Source of the DNA: Pseudomonadota bacterium
GTDB taxonomy: Bacteria; Pseudomonadota; Alphaproteobacteria; Rhizobiales; Rhizobiaceae
Assembly: GCA_023399465.1 (NCBI GenBank)
Contig: JAEWPB010000020.1
Coordinates: 22,380-86,379, forward strand
DNA: 64,000 nucleotides
Direction of reading: 5' to 3'
Shown here: positions 19,111 to 28,053 of the stretch, one piece after another
Numbering within the stretch: position 1 is the stretch's first letter
How the letters are laid out: the number at the start of each line of letters is the position of its first letter
The notes under the pieces: model-generated
Databases searched by the model: none
What the model saw: only the letters and a program-made list of their open reading frames with translations
Told to the model about the DNA's origin: nothing
Made by a program: the position numbers and the translations under genes

Positions 19111-19890
19111 TCAGACGACGGCGCTCTTCTTCTTGCCCCTGTTGCGCAGCACATGGCTGAAACCGGAATTGTAGAGATCGCTGTCGCGGAAGCTGACCTC
19201 GCCGAAGACCTTGCCGACCATGATCAGCGCGGTGCGGGTGATCTTCGCCTTGCGCACTTCCTCCTGCATGTCCTTCAGCGTCGTGCGGATGAAGAGTTCA
19301 TCCGGCCAGGTCGCGCGGTAGGCCACGATAACAGGGCAATCCTCGCCGTAATACGGCGTCAGCACCTCGCGGACATGGGTGAGGTTGCGGATCGACAGGT
19401 GGATGGCGAGCGTCGCCCGCGACCGCCCGAGAATTTCCAGCGTCTCGAATTCCGGCATCGACGATGCCTTCATCTCCGTGCGGGTGATGATGATCGTCTG
19501 GGCAATCTCGGGAAGCGTCAGCTCGGTCTTCAGCCGCGCGGCGGTGGCGGCAAAGGCCGGGACCCCCGGCACCACCTCATAGGGAATGCCGAGCGCATCG
19601 AGGCGGCGCATCTGTTCGGCGGTCGCGCCATAGATCGAGGGATCGCCGGAATGCACCCGAGCCACGTCCTCGCCGCGCTCGTCAGCCGCGACGATCTCGG
19701 CGATGATCTCGTCGAGATGCATCGGCGCTGTGTCCCGGACGATCGCGCCTTCCGGGGCGGCCCTGACGATCTCCTCCGGCACCAGCGATCCGGCATAGAG
19801 GCAGACCGGGCAGCGCTCGATGAGCTTCAGGCCGCGCACGGTGATGAGGTCGGGCGCGCCGGGGCCGGCACCGATGAAATAGACGGTCAT
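19111..19890 (-). CDS. cobM: precorrin-4 C11-methyltransferase
   Basis: ORF 19111..19956. The ATG at 19890 overlaps the upstream stop. Contains the signature VYFIGAGPGAPDLITVRG. Confidence 0.85.
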   Translation of the reverse strand: MTVYFIGAGPGAPDLITVRGLKLIERCPVCLYAGSLVPEEIVRAAPEGAIVRDTAPMHLDEIIAEIVAADERGEDVARVHSGDPSIYGATAEQMRRLDALGIPYEVVPGVPAFAATAARLKTELTLPEIAQTIIITRTEMKASSMPEFETLEILGRSRATLAIHLSIRNLTHVREVLTPYYGEDCPVIVAYRATWPDELFIRTTLKDMQEEVRKAKITRTALIMVGKVFGEVSFRDSDLYNSGFSHVLRNRGKKKSAVV

Positions 19891-21713
19891 TCTGCTGCTT
19901 CCTTCTTCATGCCGGTCCCGGACTTGCCGGAATAGCCGCGCGGCGTGAACACCCAAGTCTTGCCGTCACCGGTCTTCACGGTGCGGCTTTCAGACGAGCC
20001 GACCACGACGACCGTCAGCATGTCGACATCATCGACGTTAAGTTCGCCGAGCGGCACGACCCGGACCTTCTCGCCATCGCGGCCGAGATTGGTGGCAAGG
20101 ATCACCGGCGTCGAATGCGGCCGGTATTCGAGCAGCGTGTCGCGGGCATAGGCGAGTTGGGTGCGCCGCTTCATCGAAACAGGATTGTAGAAGGCGATGA
20201 CGAAATCGCCCTCGCCCGCCGCCTTCACCCGCCGCTGGATATCCTCCCACGGCGTCAAAAGATCGGAGAGCGAAATGGTGCAGAAGTCATGGGCGAGCGG
20301 CGCGCCGGCGCGGGCGGCAGCCGCCTGCAGAGCTGAGATGCCCGGCGACACCTGCACCTCGATGCGCCGCGCGGCATCAGAAATGCCACCCTTCTCGAAA
20401 AGCTCGAAGACCAGCGTCGCCATCGCATAGATGCCGGCGTCGCCCGAGCAGACGAGCGCCACGTCGCGACCCTGGCCGGCGAGTTCCATCGCGTGGACGA
20501 CGCGCGCCTCCTCCTTGCCGAGGTCGAAGTCATGGCGGATCTTGCCCGCGGCCAGCGGCCCGAGCAGATCGAGGTAGAGCGAATAGCCGACGAGATCGGT
20601 CGAGGCCGCGACCATTGCCGAAACCGCCGGCGAGCGCCAGCGATCGGCGCCGGGACCGATGCCGACGACGAACAGCCTGCCGCGCGAACGGCCGATGGCA
20701 TCGGGATCGACGATCGAGGGCGAGCGGGCAATCGCCGCCGTCGCCCCCTTCGATTTGATCTTCGGAAAAACGAGCTCGCCCTCCGGTCCGGCAGCGGCGA
20801 GCGCCGCGCCCTCTGCGACGCCATGGCAACCGACCTCGGCGAACACCACCTCCGACGGTTTTTTCAGGCGCGGTGTCTGAGCTTCCAGCGTTTCGGCATT
20901 GAAGAAACGCGCCGGCACACCGAGGCTGGCGGCAACCGCATGGATCGCCGTCTCGTCGGCCTTGAGGTCAATGGAGGTCACCGCTGCAATGCTTCTCGCA
21001 GCATAACCGCTTTCGGCAACGGCCCTTTGCGCAAGCGCGATTGCCTCCTCCGTCGATGCGCCGCGCTCGCAGCCCATACCGAGCACCAGCGTCTTCGGAT
21101 AATAGACGAGATCGAGCGGTCCGGCGTCTTCCGGCCGCTCGGAGACGGTAATCGTCACCGCGCCGTCATCGGCAAGGGGGATCCCGCTCGCCGACAGCCA
21201 TCCGGCTTTGCCGACGAGGCGCGCGGTCGCGCCTGCAACCAGTTCGGCCATGACGGACTTGGCATTCTCCGGATTGGCAAGGACGTAACCCGGTGGCGGC
21301 TCGTCGAGCGCCACGCCGAAGCGGATATCGCCTGAAGTCGTCACCGCCGCGTGCCCTTCCAGTCCGGCGGCAAGGAGACGGGCGAGTTCGTTGGCGCCAT
21401 GATGGCCACCGAGCAGCGGCACGACGGAGGCGCCATCCTCGCTGACGGCGAGAACCGGCGGCTCGCGCATCTTGTCGGCAAGCACCGGCGCCAGAAGGCG
21501 GATGACGGCCCCCGAGGCCATGACCGCGATGATCGGCCGGCCCTCGAGGAACAGTCGTTGCAGGTGCGGCTTGAGTTGATCGAAGAGCACGTCGGCGCCG
21601 GCGACGCGCGCGGATGCGCCGTGGAATTCGCCGCCGCTGAGTGCCGCGACCCGGCGTCCGATGGCGAGGGCGGCATCGGACAGAATGACGACGGCCGGTT
21701 TGGTGACGTTCAT
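19887..21713 (-). CDS. cobJ: fusion of full-length CbiG-like protein (N-terminal ~340 aa) with precorrin-3B C17-methyltransferase CobJ/CbiH (C-terminal ~250 aa)
   Basis: 608 aa. The N-terminal part has IIAVMASGAVIRLLAP...VVPLLGGHHGANELARLLA and LVLGMGCERG, which are CbiG N and C domain signatures. The C-terminal part has RLFVVGIGPGADRW...VCSGDAGIYAM, a tetrapyrrole methylase signature. Confidence 0.8.
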   Translation of the reverse strand: MNVTKPAVVILSDAALAIGRRVAALSGGEFHGASARVAGADVLFDQLKPHLQRLFLEGRPIIAVMASGAVIRLLAPVLADKMREPPVLAVSEDGASVVPLLGGHHGANELARLLAAGLEGHAAVTTSGDIRFGVALDEPPPGYVLANPENAKSVMAELVAGATARLVGKAGWLSASGIPLADDGAVTITVSERPEDAGPLDLVYYPKTLVLGMGCERGASTEEAIALAQRAVAESGYAARSIAAVTSIDLKADETAIHAVAASLGVPARFFNAETLEAQTPRLKKPSEVVFAEVGCHGVAEGAALAAAGPEGELVFPKIKSKGATAAIARSPSIVDPDAIGRSRGRLFVVGIGPGADRWRSPAVSAMVAASTDLVGYSLYLDLLGPLAAGKIRHDFDLGKEEARVVHAMELAGQGRDVALVCSGDAGIYAMATLVFELFEKGGISDAARRIEVQVSPGISALQAAAARAGAPLAHDFCTISLSDLLTPWEDIQRRVKAAGEGDFVIAFYNPVSMKRRTQLAYARDTLLEYRPHSTPVILATNLGRDGEKVRVVPLGELNVDDVDMLTVVVVGSSESRTVKTGDGKTWVFTPRGYSGKSGTGMKKEAAE

Positions 21714-22453
21714 GAGCGGGTTCCATCGGATTGGGCGGGGTGAAGCGCCGAGATCCAGCCCTCCTGCCCCTTGTAGATCAGGATGATCGAGAAGTAGGGC
21801 GCGGCGTCTTCGATGACCTCGGCGAGCGGCAGCACGCGCTGCTCGGGCAGGCTGATGCGCTCGAGATAACCGGCAACGCCAACCAGATTCATTTCCTCAA
21901 GCAATTGCCGTATCCTGATGAAATGACGGCCAACCTTGATGATCGCCACCGCGTCGCTGGCATCGATGCGGGCACGCATCAGTTCTGTGTCGAGCGGCCC
22001 AGGAATGATCGTCAGCACATCGTTGCGGGCCGCGAGCGGCCGCCCTAAGGCGGCAGCGCCCGCCATGATCGACGAGACGCCGGGAACGATCTCGGTCTCG
22101 TAACGGCCAGCCAGCCGCTCGAAGAGATACATGAACGAACCATAGAAGAAGGGATCACCTTCGCAGAGCACCGCGACATCGGACCCGGCATCGAGATGAC
22201 GCGACAGGTTTTCAGCGGCCGCGTCATAGACCTCCTGCGCCGGATAGCGCTCGACGCGCATTGGCACCACCATCGGCACTTCCAACTGGCTCGCCGTGAG
22301 GTAAGACGCCGCAATCTGCCGGGCGAAGCTCGGGCCCGTATCCGGCGCGGGATAGGCGACGACGGGCGCGGAGGTCAGTATCCGGTGCGCTTTCAGGGTG
22401 AGCAGTTCCGGATCGCCGGGCCCGAGGCCGAGGCCATAGAGTTTTCCGGTCAT
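21710..22453 (-). CDS. cobI: precorrin-2 C20-methyltransferase
   Basis: 247 aa with KLYGLGLGPGDPELLTLKA and LCEGDPFFYGSF. Its stop and start overlap the neighbouring cob genes. Confidence 0.85.
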   Translation of the reverse strand: MTGKLYGLGLGPGDPELLTLKAHRILTSAPVVAYPAPDTGPSFARQIAASYLTASQLEVPMVVPMRVERYPAQEVYDAAAENLSRHLDAGSDVAVLCEGDPFFYGSFMYLFERLAGRYETEIVPGVSSIMAGAAALGRPLAARNDVLTIIPGPLDTELMRARIDASDAVAIIKVGRHFIRIRQLLEEMNLVGVAGYLERISLPEQRVLPLAEVIEDAAPYFSIILIYKGQEGWISALHPAQSDGTRS

Positions 22454-23682
22454 GCATCCCTCCCCTTGGTCAGGCTCAGGAGCGTCACCGGCATCAGCGA
22501 TTTCCAGCCGCAGTAGCGCCCGACCGGGGCGGCGCGCGCGACCGATATGCGGGTCAGTTCGCCGCCGTACAGGCCGCGAAGTTCGGCAAGGCGCGCCTCG
22601 CCCTCGATGGTGACGGCATTGGCAACCAGTCGCCCGCCGGGCTTCAGTCCCCGCCAGCAGGCATCGAACAGGCCGTCGACGGTGATACCGCCGCCGATGA
22701 ACACGACATCAGGTGCCTCGAGACCATCGAGCGCCGCGGGAGCCTCGCCTTCGATGGTCACAAGATCCGGTGCGCCGAGCGCAACTGCGTTCTCGCGGAT
22801 CATCGCCAGTCGTTCCGGCTTGCTTTCGATCGCAATCGCCCGCGTGCCCATGCCCGAACGCATCCACTCGATGGCGACTGAGCCACAACCGGCGCCGACA
22901 TCCCAGAGAAGCGCGTTCGGAAAGGGCTGGAGCAGCGACAGCGTTGCGGCGCGCACCTCGCGCTTGGTCAGCTGGCCATCATGGCGAAAGGCGTCGTCGG
23001 GCAGGCCCGGCACCGGCGACAGCAGAGCCCCGTCGCTGGCGCAATCGATGGCCAGCGTGTTGAATTGCGCGATATCGGGTGCCTGGGCAAGCAGTTCGCC
23101 GGCGGTCATGCGCAGGATGCGCTCCTCCGGTCCGCCCATGTGCTCGAGAACATGCAGCACGGAAGCACCGAAGCCGCGATCGACAAGGATTCGGGCCACC
23201 TTGCCGACCGTGCTCCCGTCGGAGGTCAGCGCCAGAATGCGCGCGCCCGGCAACAGATGGCGGTTAATCAGTTCGACGGGGCGGGCATGCAGCGAGATCT
23301 GCACCGCCGATTGCAGCGGCCAGCCGAGCCGCGCGGCGGCCAGGGAAAATGCCGATGGCGACGGCAGCACCCGCGCTTCCGCCACATCGAAATAGGTCAG
23401 CAGCGTCGCCCCGATCCCGAAATGCATCGGATCTCCGGTCGCAAGCACCGTGACCGGCCGGCCGCGCCTTTGACGGATCGCCTCGACGGTGTTGTCGAAG
23501 CCGTCTGCCCAGCGCAGGACATCCTTGCCGGCGAGCGGCACGGCCTGTTCCACCCGCTCGGCGACGACGACGGTTTCCGCGGCATCCAGATAGGCTTGTC
23601 CCTCGGGCGTCAGGCTGGCAAGGCCATTGTCGCCGATACCGATGATCGTCAGCCACGGCGTTGAAAATGTTGTGTCAGACAT
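22450..23682 (-). CDS. cobL: precorrin-6Y C5,15-methyltransferase (decarboxylating), CbiE+CbiT fusion
   Basis: ORF 22450..24015, with the ATG at 23682 (MSDTTFSTPWLTIIGIGDNG). Contains the CbiE-type motif ATGDPMHFGIG and the CbiT-type SAM loop LWDVGAGCGSVAIE. Confidence 0.85.
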   Translation of the reverse strand: MSDTTFSTPWLTIIGIGDNGLASLTPEGQAYLDAAETVVVAERVEQAVPLAGKDVLRWADGFDNTVEAIRQRRGRPVTVLATGDPMHFGIGATLLTYFDVAEARVLPSPSAFSLAAARLGWPLQSAVQISLHARPVELINRHLLPGARILALTSDGSTVGKVARILVDRGFGASVLHVLEHMGGPEERILRMTAGELLAQAPDIAQFNTLAIDCASDGALLSPVPGLPDDAFRHDGQLTKREVRAATLSLLQPFPNALLWDVGAGCGSVAIEWMRSGMGTRAIAIESKPERLAMIRENAVALGAPDLVTIEGEAPAALDGLEAPDVVFIGGGITVDGLFDACWRGLKPGGRLVANAVTIEGEARLAELRGLYGGELTRISVARAAPVGRYCGWKSLMPVTLLSLTKGRDA

Positions 23683-25213
23683 TGGTTCCGAGCCTTCCTG
23701 CGAGCGCATTGACGGCGGCTGACGCCATCGCCGAGCCGCCGCGGCGACCTCGAACGGCGATGAACGGTACTCCGCGGGGGTTGGCGACCAGGGCCTCCTT
23801 CGATTCCGCCGCACCGACGAACCCGACCGGAAAGCCGAGGATGATCGCCGGTCTCGGCGCGCCCTGATCGAGAAGTTCGAGCAGGCGGAACAGGGCGGTC
23901 GGGGCATTGCCGATGGCAACGACAGCGCCCTCCATCCGATCGGCCCAGAGGTCGACCTGCGCCGCCGAGCGGGTGTTTTCGATCTCGGCGGCGAGCGGCC
24001 GCACCCGCTCGTCATTGAGGAGGCATATTACATCGTTGTCGGCTGGCAGCAGCCTGCGGATGATGCCATGGCGCACCATCTCGGCGTCGCAAAGAACCGG
24101 CGCCCCGTTTTGCAGCGCCGCCGCGCCTGCTTCGAACGCGCCTTCAGAAAAGGCTATGTCGTCCGCGAGGTCGACCATGCCGCAGGCATGGACCAACCGG
24201 ACGGCAAGGTCCGCCATCCCCTCAGGGAACCGCGCCAGATCCGCTTCCGCACGGATCGTCGCAAACGACTGCGCATAGATTGCGGCCGGGTCGCGGACGT
24301 AGTCGACGACAGGCGCCGGCGGAACGAGATCCTCGTGCCCGAGGCCAAGCATCCAGCCCTCCTCGTTGACCAGAGTGGAGAGGTCTTCCCCGGAAAGCCC
24401 CTTCGGCGGCTGCAGGAGCGTGCGCAACTGCCCGGCGGCATCGAAGCTGGCGAAGGCAAGCGCTGCCGTGCGCACCTGCGCCTCGTCCTTCACCTCGCCA
24501 TGCTTCGGCCGAACCGGAAACAGCGACGGATAGATCTCGGCAAGGACGCAAGGGCCATCGAGAGCCCGGTCGAAATGCGTTTCGAACGGCCAGACGCGAA
24601 CATGTTTCCCAAGAGGACTTTCATCGATGAAGCGCGAAAGGCGCGCGATGCCGAGCATCGCCTGCCCGCCGACGGAACCCGCATAGCAGAGCTTCCACAC
24701 CGGCTGCGCCGTGCGCGCCCGTTGCTCGACAAGCCGACGTTCAGGGATGCCCAACCCGGCGTAATCAGGACGCCTGGGCGCAAGCCCTTCTACCGACCGG
24801 CCATTCGGCACGCCCCAGAACATCGGAGCGGCCGCGAAATGCCGGCGGTTCAACTGCGCTGCCACCTCGAAGCGGTTGTTGGCATTGTCGTCGTCATCCC
24901 GCACCTCTGCCGCAAGCCGCCGCCACAGCGAACGCCAGCTTGCCTCCCCCGACAGACGCTCAGCCGCCCCCTTCGGATAGCCGAAGGCGAAATCGAAACC
25001 GGCAAGCAGCCGCCGCCCCTCGGCAACCGATTTGGCAAGCAGCGTGTCGAGTTCATCCATGAAATCGCGACGCGTCGGAAAATTCCGGGTCCAGACGACT
25101 TCGCTGGTCCTCTCCCGGCGTTCGACCAGGCATGCCCAGATCGAATCCTCGCCGCGCCGGGGAACGCTCGCCGCGGACCAGTCGACCATCAGGTATCGAT
25201 CGAACAGCGCCAT
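23675..25213 (-). CDS. cobH: precorrin-8X methylmutase (CobH/CbiC, C-terminal ~210 aa) fused to a ~300-aa N-terminal domain of unknown function
   Basis: 513-aa ORF. The ATG at 25211-25213 overlaps the cbiX stop (TGATG). The C-terminal part (DYVRDPAAIYAQSFATIRAE...AIGNAPTALFRLLELL...PVGFVGAAESKE) is CobH. The N-terminal 300 aa (MALFDRYLMVDWSAASVPRRGEDSIWACLVER...LAGFDFAFGYPKG...) has a protein-like composition and was not recognised. Confidence 0.8.
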   Translation of the reverse strand: MALFDRYLMVDWSAASVPRRGEDSIWACLVERRERTSEVVWTRNFPTRRDFMDELDTLLAKSVAEGRRLLAGFDFAFGYPKGAAERLSGEASWRSLWRRLAAEVRDDDDNANNRFEVAAQLNRRHFAAAPMFWGVPNGRSVEGLAPRRPDYAGLGIPERRLVEQRARTAQPVWKLCYAGSVGGQAMLGIARLSRFIDESPLGKHVRVWPFETHFDRALDGPCVLAEIYPSLFPVRPKHGEVKDEAQVRTAALAFASFDAAGQLRTLLQPPKGLSGEDLSTLVNEEGWMLGLGHEDLVPPAPVVDYVRDPAAIYAQSFATIRAEADLARFPEGMADLAVRLVHACGMVDLADDIAFSEGAFEAGAAALQNGAPVLCDAEMVRHGIIRRLLPADNDVICLLNDERVRPLAAEIENTRSAAQVDLWADRMEGAVVAIGNAPTALFRLLELLDQGAPRPAIILGFPVGFVGAAESKEALVANPRGVPFIAVRGRRGGSAMASAAVNALAGRLGTNV

Positions 25214-26544
25214 CACGTCTTCTTCATCGATTTCGGCCCGAGCGGATGATCCGCATGCGGATAGGGCGCGTGGTGATGATGGTGATGCCCGTGATCATGG
25301 TGATGGTCGTGATGACCATGGTCGTGGTCGTGGTCGTGATGATGGTGGCCATGGGCATGGCTGTGGTCGTGATTATGATGGTGACCGCAACCGCAGTTCG
25401 GGCCATGCTCGTGCCCGCCGTGCCTGCCGCTCGACGGGGCATCGATCACGGCTTGTAGTTCGTCATCGGGCGCCGCATCGGCAAGGTGGGCATATCTGCC
25501 GCCGAGCGTGAACGAGGCGGAATAGTCGAAGACCGGCTGCAGATCGTTCGGCGCTGCGTGCGAATGCACCGGCGTCCAAGGCAGGCCATGCTCACGGCAA
25601 AACTCCTCCTCTCGGCAGGACGCATCGCAGTCGCCCTTGCACGGACAGTCTTCCAGTCCGCCGCCGATGCCTTCGACGTGGTGGTGATGGCTTTCCTGCG
25701 GCTGGCCGAGATCCGCTTCGAAGCCGAGCACCTGCTCGCGATACTTGCACATCTGGCAGTTCATCACCGCCGCACCGTCGAGGATCTCCTGCACGCGATC
25801 CTGGAAGGTGTCGAGCACGAGCGGATGGTCATTGAGATAGCTCGCCTTGACGAACTGGATGTCGGGATGCCGCGCCGCCACCTCGTCGGTATAGCTGTAG
25901 ATGCGCTTCACCAGCACGCCGGTGAAAAGGAAATACGGGAAGACGATGATGCGCTTGTAGCCGAGTCTCGCGGCATGCGTCAGGCCCGGTTCGACCAGCG
26001 GGAAGGTCACGCCCGAATAGCAGGTCTCGCCCCAGCCGAAGCCCATGCCTTCCCAGAGCATGCGCATCACCTTGGTGGCGTTCGAATTGGCGTCCGGATC
26101 GGACGACCCGCGCCCGACGACCATCAGCAGCGTGTCGTGCCTGTCGATAAATCCGTGCTCGTTGTTGGCCTGATCCACGGCCTCCTGGATGCGATCACCG
26201 GCGGCGCGGATCATCTTCAGGTCGATGCCGAGTTCGCGGCCATAATTGATGACCATCCCAGGGTTCTGGGCCTGGTAGGTGTTGAGCACGGAAGGAATAT
26301 CGTTCTTGGCGTGGCCGGCGGCAAACAGCATGCCCGGCACCGCGAGCACGCGGGTCACGCCTTCGGCGCGCAGCCTGTCGAGGCCGGAGGCGATCACCGG
26401 GTTGCAGAATTCGAGATAGCCGTATTCGACCGGCATGTCGGGATTGCGCGCCTTCAGCGCCTCGGCGATCACGGCGAACTCACGCGCCGCGTTCTGGTTG
26501 CGGCTTCCGTGTCCGCACACCATGATTCCGAGTTTTTCCGTCAT
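25213..26544 (-). CDS. cbiX: long-form CbiX-type sirohydrochlorin cobaltochelatase with Fe-S motif and histidine-rich tail
   Basis: ORF 25213..26574, with the ATG at 26544 after GGAGG. It has two CbiX half-domains (GIMVCGHGSRN and LLMVVGRGSSDP), the Cys motif MNCQMCKY, and a C-terminal tail of about 60 aa (HGGHEHGPNCGCGHHHNHDHSHAHGHHHHDHDHDHGHHDHHHDHGHHHHHH). Confidence 0.8.
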   Translation of the reverse strand: MTEKLGIMVCGHGSRNQNAAREFAVIAEALKARNPDMPVEYGYLEFCNPVIASGLDRLRAEGVTRVLAVPGMLFAAGHAKNDIPSVLNTYQAQNPGMVINYGRELGIDLKMIRAAGDRIQEAVDQANNEHGFIDRHDTLLMVVGRGSSDPDANSNATKVMRMLWEGMGFGWGETCYSGVTFPLVEPGLTHAARLGYKRIIVFPYFLFTGVLVKRIYSYTDEVAARHPDIQFVKASYLNDHPLVLDTFQDRVQEILDGAAVMNCQMCKYREQVLGFEADLGQPQESHHHHVEGIGGGLEDCPCKGDCDASCREEEFCREHGLPWTPVHSHAAPNDLQPVFDYSASFTLGGRYAHLADAAPDDELQAVIDAPSSGRHGGHEHGPNCGCGHHHNHDHSHAHGHHHHDHDHDHGHHDHHHDHGHHHHHHAPYPHADHPLGPKSMKKT

Positions 26545-26720
26545 TTCAAAAGGCCTCCAATGCTTCGTCTTCAACAGGATGCACGAAGCGCCGGAGCTGG
26601 AAAACCAGCTCCGCGGCCATTGGGACAGCTCCGGATCAGACCCCCTGTATGGGTCGGTCGCACCGGAATCTCTTAAGCCTGAAAATCAGGCGCCGTCGCA
26701 CATTGAAAAAAGGTGTAGCC
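26545..26720 (-). promoter_or_regulatory. probable cobalamin riboswitch (atypical) in the cbiX operon leader
   Basis: The minus-strand RNA reads GGCGCCUGAUUUUCAGGCUUAAGAGAUUCCGGUGCGACCGACCCAUACAGGGGGUCUGAUCCGGAGCUGUCCC. This resembles the GGUGCC...AAnAGGGAA..GGUG..AUCC..GCUGnCCC core. Two hairpins follow, immediately upstream of the GGAGG ribosome-binding site. No canonical GCCACUG B12 box is seen. It shares the 12-mer ACCCAUACAGGG with the clear riboswitch at 36510..36795. Confidence 0.5.
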
Positions 26721-26852
26721 GAGGCGGTGATACGGGTCAAACCGGATTGCGGCATATCAAGCGATAGTTGCGCCGCGACTGACTGTGAGCTTCCGCCACG
26801 GCCTTTCCATTTCTCGCAATCCGGCGTTCGTCGCCGACATTTGGCTCGAATT

Positions 26853-27830
26853 TCAGGGACGTAGCAGGATCTTGCCGTGCCGCCCGGCCGTCACTGCCGC
26901 CGATGCCGCTTTGGCGATATCGGACAATGGGAAGACGCCGCCCACCTGCAGCCTGACCACTCCCGCTTCCACCAGGCGCAGCAGCTCGCCGATCATCGCG
27001 GCGATTTGCTGTGGCGGGGTGGTCTGCAGCATCCGGGAAAGCCAGAAGCCCTTCACCACCGCCTGCTTGAAGATCAGGTCGCCGGCGGAAATCTGCATCG
27101 GCTTGCCCGACATCGCTCCGAAGGAAACCAGCAGACCATTCTCGCCAACCAGCGAAAGCAGCTCCCCCGAGGCCTCGCCGCCGACCCCGTCGATCGCGCT
27201 GGCGATCGCGTTGCCGCCGACGATCGCCTCGACCTTGGCCCGCCAGTCGGCATCGGAGGTGGACACGATATTGGCTATCCCGAGACCGGCGAGTTCCGCG
27301 ACCGCCTCCGGGCGGCGGACGAGATTGATGACGTTGATGCCGCGACTTTTCGCAACCATCGCCAGTACCTTGGCAACGGCGCCATTGGCGGCATTCTGCA
27401 CGACCCACTGCCCCGGCCGTGCATCCGTGAACTTGAGGACGCACAAGGCACTGAGCGGCATGCTGATCAGTTGCGCCGCCGTCCCGTCATCGATGCCGTC
27501 AGGCACCGGCACGGCAGAGGTTGCATTGGCGATGAAGTATTCGGCCCAGGCGCCGTGCACGCCGCTGACCGAAACACGCTGGCCGACCGCAAGGCCGCTG
27601 ACCCCGTCGCCGAGCGCATCGATGACACCGACGGCCTCGCTGCCGCCGATCGCCGGCAGTTGCGGCTTGTATCCGTAGCGACCGGCGACCGTCAGCAGGT
27701 CGTGATTGTGGATCGCCGAAAGGATCGTCTTCACCCGGACCTGCCCCGCCCCGGGTTCCGGAAGCGCGCAATCCTCGACCTTGAGGACCATGGAGGGATC
27801 GCCGAAAGAGTGGTGGACTGCGCCGAGCAT
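26853..27830 (-). CDS. MDR-family NAD(P)H quinone oxidoreductase / enoyl reductase-like protein
   Basis: ORF 26853..27872, with the ATG at 27830. Contains PEPGAGQVRVKTILSAIHNHDLLTVAGRYGYKP and the nucleotide loop QNAANGAVAKVLAM. Confidence 0.7.
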   Translation of the reverse strand: MLGAVHHSFGDPSMVLKVEDCALPEPGAGQVRVKTILSAIHNHDLLTVAGRYGYKPQLPAIGGSEAVGVIDALGDGVSGLAVGQRVSVSGVHGAWAEYFIANATSAVPVPDGIDDGTAAQLISMPLSALCVLKFTDARPGQWVVQNAANGAVAKVLAMVAKSRGINVINLVRRPEAVAELAGLGIANIVSTSDADWRAKVEAIVGGNAIASAIDGVGGEASGELLSLVGENGLLVSFGAMSGKPMQISAGDLIFKQAVVKGFWLSRMLQTTPPQQIAAMIGELLRLVEAGVVRLQVGGVFPLSDIAKAASAAVTAGRHGKILLRP

Positions 27831-28053
27831 GGACTTTCCTTTTTTTTTCGCGGCTTCGCGCCTGCGCTTCAAGCTCTGGAATGGCTATTCACGACATAGG
27901 ACGGGCTCGGCAACGTTCAAGCCGGCCGGACACCTGTCCCTCCCGTCATTGACGCACCGACTTCCCAAAGGGGGCGTCAGATGCTCTTTCTGGCTGCTGT
28001 ACTTTCTGCCATAAGGCTGAACTCTCTTTTTTGCTCATATCCGAGTCTGTACC

